Shown here one piece after another: positions 36,129-46,586 of a stretch of 64,000 bases of DNA. The notes beneath the pieces are model-generated. The model was not told the DNA's origin, searched no databases, and saw only the letters and a list, made by a program, of their open reading frames with translations. The first letter of the stretch is position 1, and every line of letters starts with the position of its first letter. The stretch comes from Bacteroidales bacterium (GTDB lineage: Bacteria; Bacteroidota; Bacteroidia; Bacteroidales; GCA-2748055), in NCBI GenBank assembly GCA_030673645.1, contig DAOVIO010000001.1:35507-99506 (forward strand), written 5' to 3'. The translations under genes were made by a program, and so were the position numbers.

Positions 36129-39100
36129 CTATTTTACAATATTCAGTTTGTGTGTAAGAACATCTTGTCCGCAGGTAACAGTTACATAATATAGTCCTGA
36201 ATTAAAACCACTCACATCTATAACTGTTTTGGAATCACCTTTACTATCAAGATATACAATCTTGCCAGTTATATCGATTATTTTAATTATCGGTTGCTTG
36301 CCAGATAAGTTTTCAATATCGATATTCAGCTTGTCATTTGCTGGATTAGGATACATCCTGGATTGCAAGTTGAACTGATTTATTCCAACAGTCGATTTAA
36401 CACTTATTGATACTTCCGCTGTGGCACTTTTTTCAGTGTCGTCTGCGAGAATTTGAAGCTTATAGTTTCCTGTACTGGCAAAAGTTACTTTTGTTGCAAG
36501 TGCAGCTGCATCAGCAAAGCTAACATTTGCTGCAGTTCCTTCAATTACGGACCAGCTGTAGACTAACTCGGATCCAAATGGTAATCCGTCATCGTCAACA
36601 GATGCTTCAACATCAACTTCTAAAATATCAGTAATAGTTTTCTGAGAGAAAGTTACCGTTACAGTTGGAGCCTGGTTGCCATCAGGAATCATCTCAGTTA
36701 AGAAATCCAGATAATAAACTTTGGTAACTGACAGGTCTTCAGAAACAACCGCTAATTTATCGTCGAAGTTCATATAACCTTCCGTTCTTTCAAAACCGGC
36801 TTTATCAACCAATGTAGCTGTAGCTCCTTTAACAACTTCTATATTTCCCCAGAAAAGTTGAGGACTTGATCCCTGAACTAAATTCGAAATGGTATTATTG
36901 TCCTGGTCAACTTCATAAATTGATGAGATAACAAAGGCATCACTCGCAGCAGATGCGGGATCAAACCTATAAGTTACCTTATTGATACCGTTCTGGGAAA
37001 TAACTTCAATATAAATAGAAGCTCCGACTAAAGTCTTAACCATCACCGTATCATAATTGAGTACCTGATAGGGCGCTAATTCTCCGTTTTGATCAATAAT
37101 ACTTGTGTTAGCCAGCGGAGGAGCAACTATATTTGCCATCACATCTTCCAATACAGCACCATAAGTGACTCCTTTAATTAAACCGGTTTCACCGTCAACT
37201 TCAAATGTAATACCTGAATTCTCAAGAGCTGTTAACATAGCATTATCATCCAATGGTAGATCTATAATCGCATACTTGGTCAAGTTCTTTCCATCAGTAG
37301 ATACAACTATAAGGGTATCGTCACCAGCCATATTTGCAGTCAGGTCCTTATCTAATCCACTGCTGCCATCAATTACCGATAAAGTCTGGCCTTCATCTGC
37401 TTTGCTAATATTATCATAGAAGGTTTCAAGTGCTACAGCACTAAGATCTCCCTGAATGCTTTGAATGCCTTGATATCCAACACTTACAAGATATAGTGTG
37501 GATGTAACAGTTGATTTGTGAGCTGTAACAGGATCAAAAGTGTGACTTCCAATCCATTGGTATACGTTTGGATTTTCAGAATCCTGGGGATTTGATACCC
37601 ACTCATCCCTGTTGCTTGTGCTGTCTGCGTCAGTATTTCCAGCAAAAATATTTGGTTTACGGCGCATTGACAAATGATAACCCCAGTCTGTTCTTTGATG
37701 ATCTCCTATCCACATACTCTGCCATGTTGGGATTCCAGCATCTCCAACCATATCAACTAAAGTATAATCTGTAGGATCAGCATTAACCGCTTTGCCTCCG
37801 TCAATAATTGTATCATTATCGATCTTGAATAAGTATAGATTTATCCAATGCATTCCCATTTGCAGATCCTTCGCTAAGTTTTCTACACCCCAGGTATTGA
37901 AGTTTACACCCAACGCACTAATCCAGTCTCTGCCATTATTTGTGATAACATCACTATTTTCTATGGCATCATTTTTAACCCATTTTGTTTTAATCGGATT
38001 TCCAATTACAAATACATCACCCGGGTCAACTATTGGGTTTACTAATGGGTCAAAATAAAGTTTAGCTGGATTAGCAAGCCATTCAAGGGTGTCGTCACTG
38101 AATTTGTATCCTGGAACGTAACCATATTTATATCTGTGTTCAAATCCGCTTTGGGTAATATCGGAACCAATTGCACCAATAGCATTTGCGGGGGTTGCCC
38201 CATCACTTGTCCATGCAAATAAGTAATTCGACATATCAAGGGGTACATCTCCGACATTTACAAATTCATAGTAATGTCTTTTTGCTCCGGTCACTTCAGA
38301 AATGAATGGTTCTGCTACATTTAACTGCAGATCCTGAGGTCTTTTCTCAATTGAAAATAATACCGCATATGATACAACCACTGAACCATCTTCGGACGTT
38401 ACCGTAAAGGTTGTTGTACGTTCCGCCTGGCTACCTGTTAAGCTGGTTGCCCTTTGTACTTCTATTTTAGAGTTAATATCCATTGGAATAGCTGTAAAAG
38501 CCGGAACACTCTTGATTCCATATGGCAGGATAACCTGGTAGGCAGATGAAGTTGGACTGAATTTTGGAATTGTATCTCCCATCCACCCATCTAAATAATA
38601 GGGCTTGTCCGGCCATGTTATGGCGCTCAATGACGCATTCTCTCCCTTTGCTATATCAAGAACAGATATATAATACTTTTTTGTAGATGTTCCATCCTCA
38701 GCAGTAACCATCAATTTATCACCATCCTTAACATCAACCCTTTCCAAATCATCTACATAATCAATAACCCAGTCAGCTTTAGGAGCTTTTTCAAGGTATA
38801 AAAACAGAGTGTCCATTCTGGTGCCAAAAGGAACATTTCCTACGGTATCTATTCCGGGAATATTTTCAGTAACGAAATAAGGTTCCCCGCCCCAAACTTG
38901 CCCGTTAAAATCTTCACTTTCAATTGCTTCATAGCGCATCCTTCTTTTAGGAAAGACGAGGGCCATATCCGTTCCGGGCTCAGCAACCTGGAGTGTGTAA
39001 TCTTTTTCTTCGTAAACATCACCACAAGCCATAAAACGAAGGATGTCTCCATCCCGAACTGTTGAATATGCTGAATCCGCTGATTCAGTATTATCTTCGT

Positions 39101-40082
39101 TATAAATCCATGCCATACCCGGGCCGATATCAAATTCATTAAGAATTGAATCGTGCTTCAGGATTCCCCATGGAACTGTTAGGGTATTATTAATATCATC
39201 GATAGTAATAGTACTTGAATTAAGATTTATGCTATAATTTCCATGAGTACCAACAGTTGTGTAAGGAGTAGATCTGTCAAAACGATTTAATTTGCTATAA
39301 GGAGGTATAGGTATCCATTCTGAGTCTATAAGGTCAATACCTCTTGATTGGTCCCAGTTGGTATTTCCTTTGGTCACGCTTGACTTACGAACAAGAATAT
39401 ATTCATTAGAAGCAGCAGTAACTCCTGCGACATCAGATGGAGTATTATCCAAATTATCGCCAGAAGGATTCTTGGCAAGTCTTACCTGGTCCACCATAAC
39501 AGAGTCGGTTCCACCGGGATAAACATAAAATAATACCGTAGCACCTAAACCGTTCCATAAATTACACATCCAGTCATAATCAACATCTATACTATCAAAT
39601 CCAAACATTTCCAGATCCGGGCGATTCCAGAATTCAGGCTCGCCGCCTTCAGGATAATGTATGGGAATGTAATGTTCATTCTCAAGAAATGCAGCTTTGT
39701 TCCATGTCCATCTTCTCCAATCGAGTTCATTCCCGTCATTTCCGGGAGAGTCCCACACATTATTAACAAGCAGGGTCTGATTAGGTTCTATTTTTACATC
39801 TGGCAGCCGTTTTCCAAACCTTGCATCTGGAAAAATTTTTGGTATTGGATCCGTCCAGTCAAATGTACTGGCATTGACCCAACCCGGGACAACACCTAGC
39901 CAGAAATTTGACAAATTTAAGGCAGTATCACCCTTGTTTGTCAACTCATAATAGGCACTATATGGTTCACGTCCATAATACTCCGTAAATATGAGAGCTG
40001 TAACACTATCTTGCTGGGCCATGACCGGCATGCCCATCAGGAAAATCAATAGTAAGAGAATAATTTTTTTTTTCATCAGCAT
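36129..40082 (-). CDS. Large T9SS-secreted surface protein: two lamin-tail-domain-like modules, cadherin-like beta-sandwich modules, PKD-like domain, T9SS CTD
   Basis: The LTD-like segments are 'ALIFTEYYGREPYSAYYELTNKGDTALNLSNFWLG' and 'PFISEVTGAKRHYYEFVNVGDVPLDMSNYLFA'. The cadherin-like segment is 'NASLSAITW...FSPTSSAYQVILPYGIKSVPAFTAIP...FTVTSEDGSVVVSYAVLF'. The PKD-like segment is 'NQAPTVTVT...VDDDGLP..LVYSWSVIEG'. The CTD is 'MYPNPANDKLNIDI...GLYYVTV'. Confidence 0.6.
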   Translation of the reverse strand: MLMKKKIILLLLIFLMGMPVMAQQDSVTALIFTEYYGREPYSAYYELTNKGDTALNLSNFWLGVVPGWVNASTFDWTDPIPKIFPDARFGKRLPDVKIEPNQTLLVNNVWDSPGNDGNELDWRRWTWNKAAFLENEHYIPIHYPEGGEPEFWNRPDLEMFGFDSIDVDYDWMCNLWNGLGATVLFYVYPGGTDSVMVDQVRLAKNPSGDNLDNTPSDVAGVTAASNEYILVRKSSVTKGNTNWDQSRGIDLIDSEWIPIPPYSKLNRFDRSTPYTTVGTHGNYSINLNSSTITIDDINNTLTVPWGILKHDSILNEFDIGPGMAWIYNEDNTESADSAYSTVRDGDILRFMACGDVYEEKDYTLQVAEPGTDMALVFPKRRMRYEAIESEDFNGQVWGGEPYFVTENIPGIDTVGNVPFGTRMDTLFLYLEKAPKADWVIDYVDDLERVDVKDGDKLMVTAEDGTSTKKYYISVLDIAKGENASLSAITWPDKPYYLDGWMGDTIPKFSPTSSAYQVILPYGIKSVPAFTAIPMDINSKIEVQRATSLTGSQAERTTTFTVTSEDGSVVVSYAVLFSIEKRPQDLQLNVAEPFISEVTGAKRHYYEFVNVGDVPLDMSNYLFAWTSDGATPANAIGAIGSDITQSGFEHRYKYGYVPGYKFSDDTLEWLANPAKLYFDPLVNPIVDPGDVFVIGNPIKTKWVKNDAIENSDVITNNGRDWISALGVNFNTWGVENLAKDLQMGMHWINLYLFKIDNDTIIDGGKAVNADPTDYTLVDMVGDAGIPTWQSMWIGDHQRTDWGYHLSMRRKPNIFAGNTDADSTSNRDEWVSNPQDSENPNVYQWIGSHTFDPVTAHKSTVTSTLYLVSVGYQGIQSIQGDLSAVALETFYDNISKADEGQTLSVIDGSSGLDKDLTANMAGDDTLIVVSTDGKNLTKYAIIDLPLDDNAMLTALENSGITFEVDGETGLIKGVTYGAVLEDVMANIVAPPLANTSIIDQNGELAPYQVLNYDTVMVKTLVGASIYIEVISQNGINKVTYRFDPASAASDAFVISSIYEVDQDNNTISNLVQGSSPQLFWGNIEVVKGATATLVDKAGFERTEGYMNFDDKLAVVSEDLSVTKVYYLDFLTEMIPDGNQAPTVTVTFSQKTITDILEVDVEASVDDDGLPFGSELVYSWSVIEGTAANVSFADAAALATKVTFASTGNYKLQILADDTEKSATAEVSISVKSTVGINQFNLQSRMYPNPANDKLNIDIENLSGKQPIIKIIDITGKIVYLDSKGDSKTVIDVSGFNSGLYYVTVTCGQDVLTHKLNIVK

Positions 40083-41015
40083 AATAGATTAGTTTAATAA
40101 ATAATGTCAACACTAAAATGTTTAATTTTCGGAATCATTAAAAATGCAATTATTAAAACAATGAATACTTTTATAGTATCCACTACAATGTTAAGAAAAA
40201 ATAGTAATTGATGGTTTATATAAATTTGCCATTATTTTCAAGCATATATTAATGAATAGCATTTCTACAACAAAAAAACGAAGGTCAATAATTAAGTTGG
40301 AAACATGCTAAGACAGCATAATATACTTAATTTACTGATGTTAATTGTTTTGAATCATAGAAAGAATGCCTAATTCCAGACACGAATTATTTTGTAAGAT
40401 AAATATCGAATTTGTATAATTCTGCCAAAAATTAGATATCAAATGTTTTTCAACAGATTTTTATCTGCCTTTAGTTCCCTTTTATTTCCTTTGAATTAAA
40501 TAGTCGTTGGTTTTGATATAAATTTCAAGCTGTTTCCGGTAATTTTCTGTGGCAGGTTGATTTCTTCCTCTTTAAAACAGAGCCTTATTAGGCTCAATAT
40601 AACCAATCTAAATATTGCAATTTTCTGAAAAGTGTTAAATTGTTTATACCTTAACTTTGTTATGTATATTTGAGCACATAATATGATGCGAAATCTTATT
40701 TATTGGTTTTTATACATCAGATGAATTGTCAACAATTGAAAGCCTGGATAGCAAGAAAGTAAATGCGCGGAATCTATATTTTGGCTTAAATGAAAATAGA
40801 CGTTTCATTTCTTCCTGCCGGAATTTATTTTTTTGCTCTTTCAATTGGACGCGATCAGCACAGTTGAACGCATGATTATCAGGAGATAGATAAAATATCT
40901 TAAAGTATGTGGCAAGGAACTACGGATTGTGAGAAATGTATAGAAAAAAAGGAAGCGGTAATTGTTAAAATATAATTTGGCAAGTTTATGTAAATTTCAC
41001 TTGCTTAAAAGGCTG

Positions 41016-41023
41016 TAATTTTG
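41016..41023 (+). promoter_or_regulatory. Candidate Bacteroidota -7 promoter box (TAnnTTTG) for the FAS1/SusCD operon
   Basis: 'TAATTTTG' ends 19 nt upstream of the ATG at 41042. I found no clear -33 element, so this is weak. Confidence 0.25.
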
Positions 41024-41041
41024 AAGAACAAAACTACTTGT

Positions 41042-43342
41042 ATGAGAATGAACAGGCTACTGACTTTATTCATCGTTTTTTTAGGGCTGATAATATATGG
41101 TTGTCATGATATTTATGATCAGGATTTATATAAAAGCCCTGACTGGTTGGAAGGAAAATTGTACACCCAGATTCTCGCTCAGGAAAATCTTTCAAAATTT
41201 GCTGAATGCCTGAGGATTGTTGGTTACGACACAATTATTGATAAGTCAGGTTCATATACCGTTTTTGCACCTTCTGATGCCGCATTCACAAACTTTTTAT
41301 TACTTAACAACTATAATAGTCTTACTGATATTCCAAAAGCCGAATTGGAGAAGATTGTTAAGTTCCTTATCATACAAGATGCATGGAGTGAAAATCAACT
41401 TAAAATGCTTGATTCTGATGGTTGGATAGATCCACTTGACCCTGATAGCAAACCAAAAGCATATAAACGTCAGACTCTTTTAAAGAATCCAAACGAAAAG
41501 TATTGGATAACAAGGTATAAGGATGAGTATACCATTTTGCTTGATTCAACCAACGCTAATGACTATAATATGGTATATACGCGTTCGAGAAAATATGTGC
41601 CTATTTTTTTCAATGACTTTTTTGATCTCTATAACCTTAGTTATGAGGATTATGAGTTTTATTTTGACAGACCATTTGAACCTGGTAATATATTTTATGC
41701 AGAGGGTAAAGTAATACAGGCAGAAATTTTTGCAGAAAATGGATTTGTATTTGTAATCGACAGGGTAGTTAAACCAATGCTTAATGCAAAGGAATTATTG
41801 GAAAACAAATATCCAGGAGAGTCCTACACGCGATTTCTTGAGCTTATCTATCAGTTTCCAAAATTTTCGATGAATCTGGTTGAAACATATAAAACCACTG
41901 AAGCCAGAGCTGGTCTTTCTTTTGACACATTGTATGATTTAAGTTATCCAAAGCTTCCCTTTGATCTTCATGAAGAACTTACAGGACCAAGTATAAATGT
42001 CTCAAACTATACCTATTTGTCCCACAATGGAGTATATGTCCCTACAGATGATGCTTTCCAGCAATTCCTCGACGAAATTGTGACTATAAATTCAGGTTAT
42101 CCACATTGGGAAAATTTTGATAGAATTCCCGACGAAGTAAAGCAGATAATCGTAAAATCACATTTCACCACTAAGCCAGTTTATCCTTCTGATATGTTAG
42201 AAGGTTTTGAGGATGGTGAAGGAAACATCATCCATCTCGATGAGAGTATTATTATTCGAAAAGAATTTGGTAGTAATTGTACTTTTTTGGGTTTGAATAC
42301 CACCGTTGTCCCGAGGGCCTTCTCTAGTGTAACCGGCCCCGTTTATCTAAGACCAGGTTATTCACTCTTTATGTATGCAATGCAACTTTCCAAAGTACTT
42401 CCCGCTTTAACAAAAATAAATGCTGAGTACTGCTTTTTCCCAATCCCTGATCAAATTTTAAATCTGGATTCATCTCTTATAATAAACTGGATTGATAAAG
42501 ACTTAAACAGATACAAGTTTTCTGCTTTTAACCGCTTAAATAACGCTATGAGTAATATGTCTGCAGGATTACTATCCAAAAGAATTTTTAATCAGATTGG
42601 CACATCTTTACCTAATTTCAGTGCTAACAAAGAGTTTATTGAAACCCTGGGGGGTAACTACATCATATGGAATAATTCGGATAACACAGTTAGCGGAAGC
42701 AAGCCAAATACCTATGGATACAACGGAGACTCCCTGTTATTTTACAATCCTTTTCCATTTGAAGAACCTGCTGATAACGGAGAAGCTTGGAAAGTCGAAT
42801 CCTGGTTCGATTTTTCAACAACAGAAATCTATGCCATATTCAATTCAAAATTTCGCAATTTCCGGGATCTACTTGAAAAAGCTGGTTTGTATGATCCTGC
42901 GCTATATGACTTCCCTTTTCTGATAAAGGGCGAGTCTTATACCATTTTTGTACCATCGGATGAAGCACTTGCAGAATTTCAGGCAGACACCTTGTCAGAA
43001 GATGACCTTGCAAGTTTGCTACGATATCATTTTATAAAAGGGGAACGAGTATTTACTGATAATAAGATGCCATGGAAGAATTATGAAACAATAAGAAAAG
43101 ATGAATCATCCACCCCATTTTCAAGTTATTTCTCAAGCTTGAATATACGACCGGGATCTGATGTAATCGATATACTTGACAGTGAAGGGAACTTGTATTT
43201 ATCCATCCCGGAGGTGGAAGGAAAAACTAATTTAATGGTCGCATATGATACAGACGAATTAAGTAATGAAGAAGAAGATTTTATTACTACAATCATTGTG
43301 CATGAGATAAGTAAAGTTCTTGATCCAAAAATCCTTAAATAA
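41042..43342 (+). CDS. Fasciclin (FAS1) multi-domain lipoprotein
   Basis: The lipobox is 'LIIYGC'. FAS1 signatures are 'YTVFAPSDAAFTNF', 'GVYVPTDDAFQQFL' and 'YTIFVPSDEALAEF...LLRYHFIKGE'. The track starts at TTG 41021; the ATG is at 41042. Confidence 0.75.
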   Translation: MRMNRLLTLFIVFLGLIIYGCHDIYDQDLYKSPDWLEGKLYTQILAQENLSKFAECLRIVGYDTIIDKSGSYTVFAPSDAAFTNFLLLNNYNSLTDIPKAELEKIVKFLIIQDAWSENQLKMLDSDGWIDPLDPDSKPKAYKRQTLLKNPNEKYWITRYKDEYTILLDSTNANDYNMVYTRSRKYVPIFFNDFFDLYNLSYEDYEFYFDRPFEPGNIFYAEGKVIQAEIFAENGFVFVIDRVVKPMLNAKELLENKYPGESYTRFLELIYQFPKFSMNLVETYKTTEARAGLSFDTLYDLSYPKLPFDLHEELTGPSINVSNYTYLSHNGVYVPTDDAFQQFLDEIVTINSGYPHWENFDRIPDEVKQIIVKSHFTTKPVYPSDMLEGFEDGEGNIIHLDESIIIRKEFGSNCTFLGLNTTVVPRAFSSVTGPVYLRPGYSLFMYAMQLSKVLPALTKINAEYCFFPIPDQILNLDSSLIINWIDKDLNRYKFSAFNRLNNAMSNMSAGLLSKRIFNQIGTSLPNFSANKEFIETLGGNYIIWNNSDNTVSGSKPNTYGYNGDSLLFYNPFPFEEPADNGEAWKVESWFDFSTTEIYAIFNSKFRNFRDLLEKAGLYDPALYDFPFLIKGESYTIFVPSDEALAEFQADTLSEDDLASLLRYHFIKGERVFTDNKMPWKNYETIRKDESSTPFSSYFSSLNIRPGSDVIDILDSEGNLYLSIPEVEGKTNLMVAYDTDELSNEEEDFITTIIVHEISKVLDPKILK

Positions 43343-43358
43343 ATTGCATTCTCAGATT

Positions 43359-46300
43359 ATGAAAATTGCGAATAAAATAGTTATTATCATATGGTTTACT
43401 TTGCTGGGGTTTAATCTTTCTGCACAGAATGGAATCATACTCCGTGGGACGGTTAAAGACAAAACTACAAGTGAGCCTATTATCGGTGCCACCATTATTG
43501 AATATGACAAAGACAAAAGAATCATTACTGGTTCAATTAGTGATATGAATGGGAACTATGTTCTCAGTGCTCATAGTAAGGATGCTATTATTATGTTCAG
43601 TTTTATTGGGTATGTAACTTTTGAAACTCCCTTAAACGGTATTTCAAGGCTTGATGTGGAGCTGGAATTGGATAGCTATAATATGGAAGAAGTGACCGTT
43701 ACAGCAAAAGTTTATAACGATCCACTTACCGGATTAGCTGAGCGGAATATGGCTACTTCAAGAGTTAAAGTTGATTTATCGGAATATATGCAAGACATTT
43801 CCATTTCGGCAGAAGAAGCACTGGTTGGAAAAATTACCGGGCTCGATATCACCTCATTCTCAGGTGATCCTGGTAGTGGATCCTCAATTGTAATAAGAGG
43901 TTTGGGATCACTTGGGAATGCAAGTCCTCTGATTGTTGTTGATGGTATTCCACAGTCTACGGCTTCTTCTGGTTTTGATTTTTCTTCTGCCGATCAGGAA
44001 GATATAGGGGAACTGGTTAATATTGCGCCACAAGATATAAAATCAATTGAAGTATTAAAGGACGCAGGATCAACGGCACAATGGGGCTCCAAAGGTGCTG
44101 ACGGAGTATTGCAGATAGAAACATTCAGAGGAACAAAGGGCCGTACCAAATTTAATTATCAGAATAAATTTACATGGAATTTTCAACCTCCTTCAATTCC
44201 AATGCTTAACGGCGATGAGTATATCATGCTTCAACTAGAAGAATGGCACAATTCAAGTGGAATATATGAAGTTCCTTCAGAGATTGCATACGACATCGAT
44301 TATATTGATTTTTATAATTACAATAAAAATATCGACTGGATAAGAGCCGTTTCTCAAAATAGTTATTTAAGTGAAAATTTCTTTAAACTCTCCGGAGGGG
44401 GTGAAAAAACCCGGTATTATGCCTCTATGAGTAAACATAAAAGCACAGGAACTACTATAAACACAGGGCTTGAAAGGCTATCAACCAGAGTGAACCTGGA
44501 TTATGATGTGTCAAAGAAGCTTCGATTTTCTGTAAACTTTAGTTATACAGACAGTGACGTGGAGAACAATTATATAGTAGGTGGAACCAATATTAGGGAA
44601 ATGGCATATCGCAAAGCCCCGAATATGAGTATATATGAATATGATTTTGATGGAAGGCCAACGGGTGAATATTTTAATCCAATAAATAGTTACCAGGGAT
44701 CTGGTACCCAGTATTTCAATCCTGTGGCAGTTGGAGACCTTAGCACAAATGATATAAGTGAAAAAAGAATCAAGAATGATTTTACACTGCATTATAACAT
44801 CTTGCCCTGGCTACGTTTCCAGGAAATTGTGTCTTTCCAGTATTTGAACCAGAAAAAAAAGCAATTTCTTCCCGCAGATGCTATTGGTGCAGATTGGCTT
44901 AATAGCCTGATAAACCAGTCGTCAGAGGATAATTATAGTAAGGCTCAAATTATCACCCGGTCGCAGTTATTTTTTCTTCCACGGATAAATTCAAACCATG
45001 TCTTCTCTGCCATAGCAATGTTTGAGACTGACCAGCAAGGGGATGAATGGTCAATGCTAAGTGGTAGGAATGGGCCCAGTACTTCACTTCAGGATCCTGC
45101 AGCCAACACCACCCTGAATAATATTAATTCCGGCCATCAGGAAATCCATATTCTTGGTATTCTGGCCTCAGCCAATTATGTAATGATGGATCGTTACGGT
45201 ATAGGCTTGAACTACCGGAGAGACGCAAGTTCCAGATTTGGGAAAAATTACCGATGGGGCTCTTTTCCGAGTTTTGGAATATTCTGGAGGTTCACAAATG
45301 AACCATGGATGGAAAAGTGCAAATTTATTTCACAAGGAAAGGTCAACTATAGTTATGGTATGGCAGGGAAACAGCCTGGGGGCGCTTATGATCGCCATGC
45401 AATTATAAATGAACCTACCAATGGAGGAGCAAACCAATACATTAATGACCCTATTGTGGTTCAACAGCAAGTGCAGCTGTCGAATCTAAAATGGCAGACT
45501 GTTTATTCTCATAATTTGAAGCTTGATCTTGGATTTTTTAAAGACAGGTTAATGTTTACAGGGGAGGTATATAAAAAAATTACGGAAGATCTTTTGTGGA
45601 GAAATTATATGATTCCAAAATCCTCCGGATATACTTCATTGAAATGGTTTAATGGAGGATCTCTGGAGAATAAAGGCTGGGAAATTGTCGTGTCATTAAA
45701 TGCCTTAAAACGAAAAAATACCAGCTTGAATTTCAACTTTAATATTTCACAGAATATAAATTCCTTTATTGAATTTCCTGAGAATTTTAATCCGGAACGG
45801 GATCAGAATATTGGGAATGGTCAGTTTCCCCGTAGGGCAATCGTAGGACAACCAATAGGTTCCTTCTATGGCTTCCGTTACCAGGGCGTTTGGGCTTCAG
45901 ATGAGGATGTATATGCTACAGATCAAAATGGAGAACCATTGATCGATGTCAATGGCAATCATATACCAGTCTCCTACATGAACACCTATAATTTTCAAGG
46001 TGGAGATGCTAAATATGAAGATATCAACCATGATGGTAAGATTGACATCATGGATGCTGTTTACCTTGGGGATTCAAACCCTGATTTTATAGGTGGATTT
46101 GGCGCCACACTGAATTGGAAGGATTTTAGAGTGGCCACCCAATGGCATTACCGTACGGGTTTTCAAATCGTTAATGAGATTGCCATGAATACTCAAGGTA
46201 TGCTCGGAAAAGACAACCAGAGTGTCGCTGTTTTGCATAGGTGGCGTTCTCAGGGGCAAAATGAGGAGAATATGTTGCCTCGTGCCTACTATGGTCATCC

Positions 46301-46583
46301 GGCCAATAATCTGGGCTCTGACAGATATGTGGAAAATGGAGATTTTCTAAGGCTTCTAAACCTAAGTTTTTCATACAAAGTTCCAAAATCCTTATGCGCG
46401 AAAATGAAGGTTAGTTCCTTAAATTTTGGATTATCAATGAGAAGGATACTAACCTTTACGGGTTATTCTGGTCAGGATCCTGAAATTCCGCAGAAAATTG
46501 AAGATCCGTTTTGGTTTGGAACTGATAGGGCCAGAACCCCTCCGCCTCAATCATACTCTATTAACGTAACATTAGGATTTTAA
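43359..46583 (+). CDS. SusC/RagA-family TonB-dependent outer-membrane transporter (pair 1)
   Basis: The N-terminus is CarboxypepD_reg-like ('ILRGTVKDKTTSEPIIGATI'). The plug is 'IVIRGLGSLGNASPLIVVDGIP...IEVLKDAGSTAQWGSKGADGVLQIET'. The protein is ~1070 aa with a C-terminal 'TLGF'. There is no STN domain. The track starts at TTG 43320, overlapping the upstream gene. Confidence 0.9.
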   Translation: MKIANKIVIIIWFTLLGFNLSAQNGIILRGTVKDKTTSEPIIGATIIEYDKDKRIITGSISDMNGNYVLSAHSKDAIIMFSFIGYVTFETPLNGISRLDVELELDSYNMEEVTVTAKVYNDPLTGLAERNMATSRVKVDLSEYMQDISISAEEALVGKITGLDITSFSGDPGSGSSIVIRGLGSLGNASPLIVVDGIPQSTASSGFDFSSADQEDIGELVNIAPQDIKSIEVLKDAGSTAQWGSKGADGVLQIETFRGTKGRTKFNYQNKFTWNFQPPSIPMLNGDEYIMLQLEEWHNSSGIYEVPSEIAYDIDYIDFYNYNKNIDWIRAVSQNSYLSENFFKLSGGGEKTRYYASMSKHKSTGTTINTGLERLSTRVNLDYDVSKKLRFSVNFSYTDSDVENNYIVGGTNIREMAYRKAPNMSIYEYDFDGRPTGEYFNPINSYQGSGTQYFNPVAVGDLSTNDISEKRIKNDFTLHYNILPWLRFQEIVSFQYLNQKKKQFLPADAIGADWLNSLINQSSEDNYSKAQIITRSQLFFLPRINSNHVFSAIAMFETDQQGDEWSMLSGRNGPSTSLQDPAANTTLNNINSGHQEIHILGILASANYVMMDRYGIGLNYRRDASSRFGKNYRWGSFPSFGIFWRFTNEPWMEKCKFISQGKVNYSYGMAGKQPGGAYDRHAIINEPTNGGANQYINDPIVVQQQVQLSNLKWQTVYSHNLKLDLGFFKDRLMFTGEVYKKITEDLLWRNYMIPKSSGYTSLKWFNGGSLENKGWEIVVSLNALKRKNTSLNFNFNISQNINSFIEFPENFNPERDQNIGNGQFPRRAIVGQPIGSFYGFRYQGVWASDEDVYATDQNGEPLIDVNGNHIPVSYMNTYNFQGGDAKYEDINHDGKIDIMDAVYLGDSNPDFIGGFGATLNWKDFRVATQWHYRTGFQIVNEIAMNTQGMLGKDNQSVAVLHRWRSQGQNEENMLPRAYYGHPANNLGSDRYVENGDFLRLLNLSFSYKVPKSLCAKMKVSSLNFGLSMRRILTFTGYSGQDPEIPQKIEDPFWFGTDRARTPPPQSYSINVTLGF

Positions 46584-46586
46584 ATA

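Noticed and set aside
40727-40852. 10-bp inverted repeat 'caattgaaag'/'ctttcaattg' about 100 bp apart in the long leader. Considered as an invertible-promoter (phase-variation) switch.
   Set aside because: The arms are short, they contain the self-palindromic CAATTG, and they lie in AT-rich sequence where such matches are expected by chance. No intact invertase is adjacent.
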